Source: Alphaproteobacteria bacterium UBA3864 (GTDB lineage: Bacteria > Pseudomonadota > Alphaproteobacteria > CAAGCB01 > CAG-977). From it: 64,000 nucleotides of DNA. Both the position numbers and the translations under genes were made by a program. The notes beneath the pieces were generated by a model. It saw only the letters and a list, made by a program, of their open reading frames with translations. It ran no database searches and was not told the origin of the DNA. Position 1 is the stretch's first letter. The number at the start of each line of letters is the position of its first letter. Of the stretch, positions 47,096 through 55,856 are shown piece by piece. The DNA is taken from contig DGGW01000066.1 in NCBI GenBank assembly GCA_002393065.1, positions 435-64,434 of the forward strand, read 5' to 3'.

Positions 47096-47383
47096 ATGAA
47101 AAAATACGTTTTAATTGCAACATTATGCGCTTTAAGCGGAGCTTGTCAGCCTGCCGCTCACTCATTGATTAAAGTTTCTTGGGAACAGGACGGATATGAT
47201 TGCCTGTATAAGGAGTCTTTCGGGGAAATCAGGAATGAATGGAATTTAGTCAAATTTGAAAATAGGGAATACGTAGGTTCTATTAAAGAAATCAAATACG
47301 GCAATACTCCCTGCTCAAAAATTATTGACGCCGAACTGAAAAACAATACGAATAAAAGTGCTATTACAAATCAATTTCATTAA
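47096..47383 (+). CDS. Small lipoprotein, hypothetical, in an AT-rich islet.
   Basis: SD AGGAGAG 8 nt upstream of the ATG at 47096. Lipobox LSGAC. Confidence 0.45.
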   Translation: MKKYVLIATLCALSGACQPAAHSLIKVSWEQDGYDCLYKESFGEIRNEWNLVKFENREYVGSIKEIKYGNTPCSKIIDAELKNNTNKSAITNQFH

Positions 47384-47400
47384 AGGATGGGAAGTATAAG

Positions 47401-50385
47401 ATGGAATGGAAGGATATTATAGGCAAAACGGTTTATCATAAAGTTTTTGGAGAAGGAAAAATAAAATCTTGTGATGGAAAACGCATAGAGGTTAGCTTTG
47501 GCGTTGGAGAAAAAAAGTTTTTTTTCCCAGAGGCTTTTAAGTATGGAGATTTATATGAACGGAAAGATCAAGAACTTCTGAAACAACAACGTCAAGAAGA
47601 GGAAAGGCTCCGTCAGGAAGAGGAGCGAAAGGCTTGGAAACATTTTGAGCAACAACGACGGGAAAAGGAAAGACGCAGTCAAGAAGCGCTGAGACGTCGG
47701 CGGGAAGAGGAGCAAAAGGCCCGGGAACTCCGTGAGCAACAATGGCGTGAAGAGGAAAGGCGTCGTCAGGAAGAACTGAGACGTCGGCAGGAAGAGGAGC
47801 GAAAGGCTCGGGAACTTCGCGAGCAACAACAATGGGAAGAAAAAAGGCGTCGGCAGGAAGAGGAAAGACATTGGCGGAAAGTAGTAGAAAAAGAGCTGAA
47901 TAGTCCTTTGACCGACGAACAATGGGCCGCGATTTACAATGATGACGACGCGTCTTTGATCGTCGCGGGGGCGGGGTGCGGCAAAACGACGACGGCTTTG
48001 GGAAAAATCGTTTATCTGGTCAGGTCCGGCAAAGCGAAACTGGAAGAAATTTTACCGATTTATTTCAATAAGAAAAACGCTGACGAAATGAACGGTAAAA
48101 TCATAGATATTTTCGGGAATACGCAAAAAATAGCTTACGACTATCACAGTGTGGGCTTGAAGTTTTTAAAAGAATCCTGCCCTGTAGAAAAAACTGAAGA
48201 TATGATACGCCGGATATTTAAAGATTTTCTCGATGATAAAAAAAGCGAAGATTTAATCTGCCGGATTTTTGATTTCATCGTGCGATATATGTATACCGAT
48301 AATGAACGCACGATGGAAATGTTTCCGAAAGGCTTTGACGATTTGTCCGTTGAAAAAAAAGTTGAAGCGTTGGAAGATGATTGCGAGACGTTAAACGGTG
48401 AACGTGTCAAAAGTCCGGCGGAGGCCGTGATCGCGAATTTCCTGTTTACGCATCACATCCCCTATGTTTACGAGAAATGGTTTAAATCTTGTTATCCTGA
48501 TGCATATCCGATGAAACCGGATTTTTATGTGCCTTTGGGGGACGGAACTGATCCGAAACACGCCGTTTGGATCGAACATTGGGGCATTGAATTCGACAGT
48601 TACGGAAATGAACGGGCCAGATGGCTGGATGAAAAGGGGGAAAGGGATTATATCGAAGACAAGAAACAGAAGCTGGCGGAATATAGAAAAAACAATGTCA
48701 AACTGATCGAGTTGTTTTTATCCGATTTTAAAGACGACACGCTGATCGATAAATTGAAAACGAAATTGGAAGAATTCGGCGTGGATACAAGCCGGGGAAT
48801 GACCCGCGATGAAAGAATAAGGTATATTAAAAAACTGATTAAAACAAAAAAATTAGAATCATTTCAAAATTTTGTTCAACGGTGTATAGAGCTTTTAAAA
48901 AGCAATAAACACACATCGCAGGATATTCCTAAAATTCATAAAAACGCTCTTCGCGATTTGGAAAAACGCGAAATGGAAAGGGTGAAAGAATTTTACAGAA
49001 TCGTCTATTGCGTTATGAAGGAATACGAAAGACGGCAAGGGGAAGAGAACGGTATTGATTTTGCGGATATGCTGATAAAAGCGCCGGCGAAAATCGCCGA
49101 CGCGGAGCTTCGGTACAAATACATCATCATTGACGAATATCAGGATATTGACGAACTTGATTATGAACTGATTTCCGCAATTCAGAAAAAAACGAACGCG
49201 AAAATCTGTTGCGTCGGCGATGATTGGCAGGCGATTTATCGTTTCAAAGGGGCAGATCTTGGTTTCTTTTCAAATTTCGGGAGGTATTTTCCGAATTTCA
49301 AAACATACCGTGTTCAGCAAACATTCCGAAACGGCGCGCCGTTGATCGATATTGCCGGAAAGTTTATTCAAAAAAACGACCGGCAGTTAAGAAAGACAAT
49401 TCGTTCCGATAAAAGTACGTTCCTGAAGGCCGTCCGCTATCATGAATTTGAAAGCCGGGGAAGAGAAAAGGACGTAGATCGATTGAACTGTCTGTTCGAT
49501 ATTTTAAACCAGCCGGACAAGGATAATTTTCTTATCATCGTCAGAAACAATAGCGATTTTAACAAATATTTTGATTGTTTGGGCGAAGACGTTTCCAGTC
49601 TTTCGGACGTTGAAAAGGCTTTGCGGCGAAAGTTTTCCAAAAATATCGAAGTTCGGACGGCACATAGGTCAAAGGGGCTGGAATACGATTATGTCGTCGT
49701 TTTCAATACAGCCTGCAGAATGACGGGTTTCCCGTCTCTGATGGATGATGATCCCGCGATTTCGTTTTTGTTGCCGGAAAAAGAGGAGTATTCTTTGGCG
49801 GAAGAACGGCGGTTGTTTTATGTCGCTCTGACGCGGGCTAAAAAAGGATGTTATCTGCTTGTTCCGAAATTTATGCCGTCGTGGTTCTTTTTTGAGATTC
49901 AAGACGCTATCGGCAAAGACAATATCTTTGATTCCGACAACGCCTTGCTGGCTACTTGCCCATGGTGCGGTAGGGAAATGGAACGCAAACAAAGAAAGGA
50001 TGAAACAAAAGCAATATTTTACAGCTGTTCATCCTATCCCGATTGCAAGTATTCTGCGCCGAAAGGCTTTATCGTTAAAAACTGCGATGATGTCGAAAAG
50101 CTGATAAAAGAAAAAGCCGAAAAACAAAACAGACCGGCATCCGTGTATGTCTATGATGAACGGAAAAAAGAGCTCGACTTCATGGATTGCACGCTTTTTG
50201 AGAATGCGAAGGATAAACGCCCCGCGGACCGAAGCGTTGATGTTTATATCGTGATCAATGATGTAAAGAATTGTTCCGAAGTTAGAAACTTTTTGATAAA
50301 ATTAAACCGCGAACCCGTTTTGTTGAATTTATCCGAAAACGATATACCGGAACAATTCATAAAAAACGTTTTCGGAACGCTGTGA
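47401..50385 (+). CDS. UvrD/PcrA-like superfamily-1 helicase (994 aa) with N-terminal charged tandem repeats, an inserted Vsr/DUF559-like PD-(D/E)xK endonuclease domain and a C-terminal topoisomerase-type C4 zinc ribbon.
   Basis: Walker A LIVAGAGCGKTTT. Motif II IIIDEYQDI. Motif III CCVGDDWQAIYRFKGAD. Motif VI YVALTRAKKGCYLL. Internal nuclease region SPAEAVIANFLFTHHIPYVYEKWF...PDFYVP...VWIEHWGIEFD...KQKLAEY...LIEL. Zinc ribbon CPWCG...YSCSSYPDCKY. Low GC. Confidence 0.8.
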   Translation: MEWKDIIGKTVYHKVFGEGKIKSCDGKRIEVSFGVGEKKFFFPEAFKYGDLYERKDQELLKQQRQEEERLRQEEERKAWKHFEQQRREKERRSQEALRRRREEEQKARELREQQWREEERRRQEELRRRQEEERKARELREQQQWEEKRRRQEEERHWRKVVEKELNSPLTDEQWAAIYNDDDASLIVAGAGCGKTTTALGKIVYLVRSGKAKLEEILPIYFNKKNADEMNGKIIDIFGNTQKIAYDYHSVGLKFLKESCPVEKTEDMIRRIFKDFLDDKKSEDLICRIFDFIVRYMYTDNERTMEMFPKGFDDLSVEKKVEALEDDCETLNGERVKSPAEAVIANFLFTHHIPYVYEKWFKSCYPDAYPMKPDFYVPLGDGTDPKHAVWIEHWGIEFDSYGNERARWLDEKGERDYIEDKKQKLAEYRKNNVKLIELFLSDFKDDTLIDKLKTKLEEFGVDTSRGMTRDERIRYIKKLIKTKKLESFQNFVQRCIELLKSNKHTSQDIPKIHKNALRDLEKREMERVKEFYRIVYCVMKEYERRQGEENGIDFADMLIKAPAKIADAELRYKYIIIDEYQDIDELDYELISAIQKKTNAKICCVGDDWQAIYRFKGADLGFFSNFGRYFPNFKTYRVQQTFRNGAPLIDIAGKFIQKNDRQLRKTIRSDKSTFLKAVRYHEFESRGREKDVDRLNCLFDILNQPDKDNFLIIVRNNSDFNKYFDCLGEDVSSLSDVEKALRRKFSKNIEVRTAHRSKGLEYDYVVVFNTACRMTGFPSLMDDDPAISFLLPEKEEYSLAEERRLFYVALTRAKKGCYLLVPKFMPSWFFFEIQDAIGKDNIFDSDNALLATCPWCGREMERKQRKDETKAIFYSCSSYPDCKYSAPKGFIVKNCDDVEKLIKEKAEKQNRPASVYVYDERKKELDFMDCTLFENAKDKRPADRSVDVYIVINDVKNCSEVRNFLIKLNREPVLLNLSENDIPEQFIKNVFGTL
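47580..47880 (+). repeat. In-frame tandem repeat with an 87-bp period (29 aa, ELRRRQEEERKARELREQQW-type), 2 clean plus about 1.5 degenerate copies, inside the helicase gene.
   Basis: 47689-47775 matches 47776-47862 at about 88% nucleotide identity. Confidence 0.7.
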
Positions 50386-50462
50386 CGGGGCGCCTTAAAA
50401 AATCTTCGGCTGAAATAAAATCACACTTCAGATTGGCCGGAGAATTGTTGGTTTGGAAAGTT

Positions 50463-52316
50463 TTATCTTCCCGATTTCGTCTTTGCCGTCAGGGCCGCGC
50501 GCGATACCGCGTTCTTTTTCGTCTTGTCCATCCCCAGCGTGTCCGTCAGGTTTTCCAACGTGTCGACGTTCTTTTTCATCAGCTTCAGCCCCTGTTTCCA
50601 AAAGTCGGGATGCGAAACGTCCAACCCGAACGGTTTTAACAGGTCGGGACAGCGTTCCGTCGATCCTTTGGACAGCATTTCCTTATATTTCTTCGGAAAG
50701 TCCTTGACGGTGCCGTCCTTGTAAACCTGATACAGCGATGTGGTCAGGCATTCGCCGAACGCGTATCCGTACACATAGAACGGCGTGCGGAGCAAATGCG
50801 GCACATCCGCCCAGGCGGAGGACGACTTTTCGTCATTGACGACGCACGGCCCCATGGAAGCGCTTTGCGCCTTTGTCCAGATCGCGCCGATGTCTTTGGC
50901 GGACAAAGCGCCTTTTTCGCGGATGCCGTTATGAACGTCTTCCTCGTAATGGTGCATGGCAACCTGACGGAAAGTGGTCAGCATCACGCGCGTCATTTTG
51001 TCGGACAGCAGGGCAAAGCGCTGTTTCGGATCCTTTTCGTTTCGCATCATCCGGTCAAAAGCCAGCATTTCACCGAAAATCGACGCCGTTTCATTCATCG
51101 TAACGCCTGTTTGCGTTCCCAACGCGCCGTTCTTTTTAGACAGTTCGTAATGAATGCCGTGTCCCAATTCGTGCGCCAGAGCCAGCACGTCGTTGGTCGA
51201 TCCGTTGAAGTTCATACTGACGAACGATTTGCCGTCGATGATCCGCATGGCGTATTCGCCGGATTGCTTGTTCGGCGCAGGGCGGGCGTCAACACGTTTT
51301 TCATCGAAGAATTTTTGCGCGATGTCGCCCATTTCCGGATCAAAGTCCCGATATGCGGACAAAACGATGTCTTTTGCTTCGTCAAAAGAGTACCGGCGCG
51401 GTTCGACGCCGCCGACGGGCGCGTTCCTGTCCCAATAATCGATTTTGTCCCGTCCCATCCATTTGGCTTTCAGCGCGTAATAGCGGTGGGCGACATCCGG
51501 AGCGGCGTTGTCAACGGCGGAAATCAGCGCGTCCGTAACGCCGTTGTCGATTTGATTGGACCGGTTGCGCGCTTCGACGGGCGTTTTGTATCCGTATTGT
51601 TCGTCTTCGTATTGTTTCGACCGGGCTACCGTATTGACGATTTTCGCGAACACGGCGCTTTGGCTTTTATAGCCGTCGTTCAAAGCGATGCCCGCCTTGA
51701 TCCGTTCATCCGCGTTTGCGGAATAAGACAGGTTGTAAAGCTTGTTGATGGAAACCTTTTCACCGTCCAACGCGAAAGGCAGGGCTTTTTTCGTCTTGTC
51801 ATACAGCCGGAGAGCTTCCGTCGTCTTTTTTGTGTTCGTTTCCAACTGTTTTTTCGTTTTTTCATCGAAATCCGGAGCTTTGTCCGACCGGAGCTTGTCG
51901 ATCCAGACGGCGTTGCGCCGCACGACGGGGTCGGTCATCAGTTCCGCGACTTTTTCATCGGAAAGGTTCGCCGTTTCCCGTTCAAAGAAATCGACTTTGT
52001 CATAAACGGCGTCGTTTTCCCGTTCCGTTTTTTCAAGAAAGGCGGTGTTCGCGTCGTTTGTTTCGTTCATATAGCGCAGTTCCGCATACGCGTTCCGCTT
52101 GTCCAGTTTCACATTCAGTTTGTCATACGCCGTCAGCATTTCGCCGTATTCCTTCGGCGGCAGGTCGGCGACCCGTCCTTCGCACAGTGAAGACAGGCGC
52201 TCCGCCTGCAACGACGCGGACGCCAGATCCTTTTTAAAGGAAGGGTCTTCGGCGGACGTGTACAGGGACGATAAATCCCATTGCGGCGGAAGGGCGGATG
52301 GTGCGGCTTTTCCCAT
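50463..52316 (-). CDS. pepF: Oligoendopeptidase F (M3B family).
   Basis: HEXXH zinc motif (LAHELGHGIH). About 617 aa from the ATG at 52316, with SD AGGA. The ORF-track extension to 52544 has no support. Confidence 0.85.
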   Translation of the reverse strand: MGKAAPSALPPQWDLSSLYTSAEDPSFKKDLASASLQAERLSSLCEGRVADLPPKEYGEMLTAYDKLNVKLDKRNAYAELRYMNETNDANTAFLEKTERENDAVYDKVDFFERETANLSDEKVAELMTDPVVRRNAVWIDKLRSDKAPDFDEKTKKQLETNTKKTTEALRLYDKTKKALPFALDGEKVSINKLYNLSYSANADERIKAGIALNDGYKSQSAVFAKIVNTVARSKQYEDEQYGYKTPVEARNRSNQIDNGVTDALISAVDNAAPDVAHRYYALKAKWMGRDKIDYWDRNAPVGGVEPRRYSFDEAKDIVLSAYRDFDPEMGDIAQKFFDEKRVDARPAPNKQSGEYAMRIIDGKSFVSMNFNGSTNDVLALAHELGHGIHYELSKKNGALGTQTGVTMNETASIFGEMLAFDRMMRNEKDPKQRFALLSDKMTRVMLTTFRQVAMHHYEEDVHNGIREKGALSAKDIGAIWTKAQSASMGPCVVNDEKSSSAWADVPHLLRTPFYVYGYAFGECLTTSLYQVYKDGTVKDFPKKYKEMLSKGSTERCPDLLKPFGLDVSHPDFWKQGLKLMKKNVDTLENLTDTLGMDKTKKNAVSRAALTAKTKSGR

Positions 52317-52450
52317 GATTTCGATCCTAAAAAATCCGATGGCGGAACTATACTGTAAAAGGCTTGTTCCGTCAATGTTTTTTGCTCGTTGACTTGAACC
52401 GAAAGGGATTTTACCATAAAGCACCTTGTCATGTGTCGGAGAACCCGGAA

Positions 52451-55400
52451 ATGGGAAAAGTCTGTTTTGCGATTTCATTGATTCTTTTAAGTTTTTCAAA
52501 CGCCGAAGCGCAAAATTTCGAAAATGTGCTCTGGAGTTCGGCAACGGTCGAAGAAGTCGATGACCTGATCAAAGCCGGCGCCGATGCGGACGCGTGGTAC
52601 ATGGTGGTGGACGAAAAAACGAACCCGTTGCTGGAAGCGGCCGAAAAAGCCAAAAAACCCGCCGTTATCGACGCTTTGATCAGGGCGGGCGCGGATACGG
52701 ACGTTCGCGATGACAAAGGGCGGACGCCGATGCTGGTGGCGGCAGAGGAAAACGAAAATCCTGCTGTCGTCATAGCTTTCGTCAAGGCGGGAATCGATCC
52801 GGACGCCCAAAGGCTGGAAGGGCGGGAAACGGCAGGATTGACGCCGCTGATGCTGGCTTTGATAAAAAATAAAAACCCCGCCGTCGCGGAAGCTCTGCTC
52901 AAAGCGGGAGCGAACGCGAACACTTCGGTGTATTATAAGAATATCGAACAAACGCCGTTGATGTGGGCCGTCGAAAACGGAAATCTTCCCGCAGCGAAAA
53001 CGCTGATCAAAGCGGGCGCCGATTTAAACGCCCGAAATGTTCAGGGATGGACGCCGCTGATGATCGCCGTGGAAAACAAAACGTCTCTCCTGCTGGACGA
53101 ACTGATTAAAGCGGGCGTAAATTCGGACGCGAAAAAGCTGGCACAGGAACGGTTGTTTTTTTCTTTGATAAATAATCGCCCTCTTGCCGGAATAGAATCA
53201 TTGATCCGGGAGGGCGCGGACGTGAACGCCCGAAACAAAAACGGTGAAACGCCGTTGATGTTCGCCGCTGAATTTCACACTGATCCCGCCGTCATTAAAA
53301 CGCTGATCAAAGTGAAAGCCGACGTGAACGCGCAGGACGGGAACGGCGAAACGCCGCTGATGAGGGCGACGGGGAACGATATTGGCGTCGTCGAAGCGCT
53401 GATCAAGGCGAAAGCCGATGTGAAAGCGCAGGATAAAAACGGTGATTCACCGCTGATGTGGGCCGCGAAATACGCCCGGACTCCCGCCGTCATCGACGCT
53501 TTGATCAGGGCGGGCGCGGGGGTGCATTCGCGCAACAGGTACGGGGAAATCCCTCTGATGCATGCGTACGGAAAAAACGCGGAGGCGTTGATCAAAGCCG
53601 GAACGGACGTGAATGTTCGGGATAACGACGGAAAAACGGCGTTGATGCGAACTCTCGACGCGGAGGAGTATTCCGCCGAACGTCTGGCCATGCTGATCAA
53701 AGCGGGTGCGGACGTGAACGCCAGAGATAAAAAGGGACAAACGCCCCTGATGTATGCGGCTAAAAACGCGGAAGACGCCGTCAACGCGTTGATCACGGCG
53801 GGCGCAAAGGTGAACGACTACGACAAAGAGGGAAACTCGCCGTTGCGTTTCGCCGTCGCGCATGACAAAAAACAGACCGTCGTCGCGTTGGTCAGAGCCG
53901 GAGCGACGGACGCGAACGTCCGCAACGCCGATAACGGAAAAACGCCGTTGATGTATGTCGCGGATGATGAAAAAAACAAAGATGTCGTCGAACTGCTGAT
54001 CAAAGCGGGCGCGAACGTGAACGCCAGGGATAAGGACGGAAAAACACCCTTGGCGTACGCGAAAGACAAGGCGATCGCCGAGATGCTGAAAAGGGCGGGG
54101 GCGAAGGAAGAAGAACTTTCGAAAAAAGAAACGCCGGAACCGGAATCGAAAAAAAATCCGGATAACGCCCGTTCCGAATTGAACCGGCGGTTGATTGCCG
54201 CAATCGTTTCCGGAAACCTTGCCGATACGGAAGATTTGATCAAAGCGGGCGCGGACGTGAACGCTCCCGCCAAAGAAGGCGTGCCGCTGATTTACGCAAT
54301 GAACGGCAGGAATCCCGTTCCCGTCGTCGAAACGTTGCTTGACGCCGGAGCGAATACGGAAACACGGGACGATAACGGACTGACGCCGCTGATGACGGCC
54401 GTTCTCGGCAACAGGCTTGACATGGTAAAAGCGCTGGTCAGGGGCGGCGCGGACGTGAACGCGCGCGTCCAAAAAGGAAAAAGGCAACATAATCCGCCGT
54501 TCCGGGAAGGGGAAACGGTGCTGATGCTGGCGTCGGGGGAAACGCCCGTTTCGTCGGCCGTCGTCGAAACGTTGATCAAAGCGGGCGCCGATATCAACGC
54601 GCAAGACGAATACGGTTATACTCCGCTGATGAAGTCTCTTGTTTTTATCAGGAAAAATCTTGCCCGAGTGATCGCTTTGCTTGACGCCGGCGCGGACGTC
54701 AACATTCGCGCAAAGGACGGAATGACGGCTTTCCGGATCGCCGATTCTTTGAAAGGAACGTCGATCTTTTGGAAACTGCGCGATTCGAAGTATTCTGCCG
54801 AAACGAAAGATGGTCGGAAAAAGGTTGCATCCGATCCGGTCAAGGCGAAAGAGAAGCCCGAAGAGAAAAAAGAGGCGCTGGTTTATGCGGCCAAAAAAAG
54901 AAACGAAGCCGTTGTCGGGGCGTTGATCAAATCAATCGCCGACAAAGCCGAAACGCCGGAGGATTTTCGTTTCAAACTGAATCAGTTGCTGACGAACGCG
55001 ATCGTCAACGGCGATCTTGACGACATCGGGGCGCTGATCAAAGCCGGAGCGGACGTGAATTTCCGAAGCAAGCGCGACGGACTGACGCCGTTGATGACGG
55101 CGGCGAAGGCGGATGTGTATCCGACGGTCATCGAAGCCCTGATCAAAGCGGGGGCGAAGGTAAACGTGTCCGCCAAAGACGGCCGGACCGCGCTGATGTA
55201 CGCGGTGGAAAGCGAAAGTCTGACCAATATGGAAACCCTTATCAAAGCGGGCGCGGACGTGAACGCTCCGTCCCGAACGGGATGGACCGCGCTGATGTAC
55301 GCGGCGAAGGACCACGAGGATCCTTACATCATCGAAACGCTGGTCATAGCCGGCGCCTTCGTCAATGTCCGCGTTAAGGACAAGACGCCGCTGGTTTGCG

Positions 55401-55855
55401 CTTTGGGACGCGGAAATCCTCTTGTGATCGACGCTTTGATTCGTGCGGGTGCGGACGTCAATGTCCGAAGCAACGACGGACGAACGCCGTTGATGGAAGT
55501 GTTGGAAAAAAACGGGAAGACGGACGTAATAGACCTGTTGATCAAAGCGGGCGCGAACGTGAACGCCAGGGACGACGAAAGAAAGTCGCCGCTGATGAAA
55601 GCCGTGGAAGCCGAAAGGGATTCGACCGTGATCGGCATGCTGATCGAAACGGGTGCGGAAGTGAACGCTCGTGATAAAAACGGAATGACGCCGCTGATGA
55701 TTGCGGTCCGGAAAGGTAAAAACCTTTCGGTGATAAAAGCGTTGATCAAGGCGGGAAGCAACGTGAACGCCAAAAACAACGACGGGGAAACGCCGTTGAT
55801 GATGGCAAAAACTCCCGAAGTTTCGGCTGTTCTGATCAGAGAGGGGGCGCGGTGA
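52451..55855 (+). CDS. Giant secreted ankyrin-repeat protein (about 1134 aa, about 30 ANK repeats).
   Basis: Signal peptide MGKVCFAISLILLSFSNAEA. Continuous LIKAGADVNA[RK]D.[ND]G.TPLM modules. A short Lys/Glu-rich linker in the middle. Confidence 0.8.
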   Translation: MGKVCFAISLILLSFSNAEAQNFENVLWSSATVEEVDDLIKAGADADAWYMVVDEKTNPLLEAAEKAKKPAVIDALIRAGADTDVRDDKGRTPMLVAAEENENPAVVIAFVKAGIDPDAQRLEGRETAGLTPLMLALIKNKNPAVAEALLKAGANANTSVYYKNIEQTPLMWAVENGNLPAAKTLIKAGADLNARNVQGWTPLMIAVENKTSLLLDELIKAGVNSDAKKLAQERLFFSLINNRPLAGIESLIREGADVNARNKNGETPLMFAAEFHTDPAVIKTLIKVKADVNAQDGNGETPLMRATGNDIGVVEALIKAKADVKAQDKNGDSPLMWAAKYARTPAVIDALIRAGAGVHSRNRYGEIPLMHAYGKNAEALIKAGTDVNVRDNDGKTALMRTLDAEEYSAERLAMLIKAGADVNARDKKGQTPLMYAAKNAEDAVNALITAGAKVNDYDKEGNSPLRFAVAHDKKQTVVALVRAGATDANVRNADNGKTPLMYVADDEKNKDVVELLIKAGANVNARDKDGKTPLAYAKDKAIAEMLKRAGAKEEELSKKETPEPESKKNPDNARSELNRRLIAAIVSGNLADTEDLIKAGADVNAPAKEGVPLIYAMNGRNPVPVVETLLDAGANTETRDDNGLTPLMTAVLGNRLDMVKALVRGGADVNARVQKGKRQHNPPFREGETVLMLASGETPVSSAVVETLIKAGADINAQDEYGYTPLMKSLVFIRKNLARVIALLDAGADVNIRAKDGMTAFRIADSLKGTSIFWKLRDSKYSAETKDGRKKVASDPVKAKEKPEEKKEALVYAAKKRNEAVVGALIKSIADKAETPEDFRFKLNQLLTNAIVNGDLDDIGALIKAGADVNFRSKRDGLTPLMTAAKADVYPTVIEALIKAGAKVNVSAKDGRTALMYAVESESLTNMETLIKAGADVNAPSRTGWTALMYAAKDHEDPYIIETLVIAGAFVNVRVKDKTPLVCALGRGNPLVIDALIRAGADVNVRSNDGRTPLMEVLEKNGKTDVIDLLIKAGANVNARDDERKSPLMKAVEAERDSTVIGMLIETGAEVNARDKNGMTPLMIAVRKGKNLSVIKALIKAGSNVNAKNNDGETPLMMAKTPEVSAVLIREGAR

Positions 55856-55856
55856 A

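Noticed and set aside
46503-47165. 220-aa minus-strand ORF
   Set aside because: It overlaps the glycosylase gene in another frame and runs into the structured intergenic region. Its translation is basic low-complexity sequence.
50796-52190. 464-aa plus-strand ORF
   Set aside because: It is antisense to pepF, which carries the HEXXH motif.
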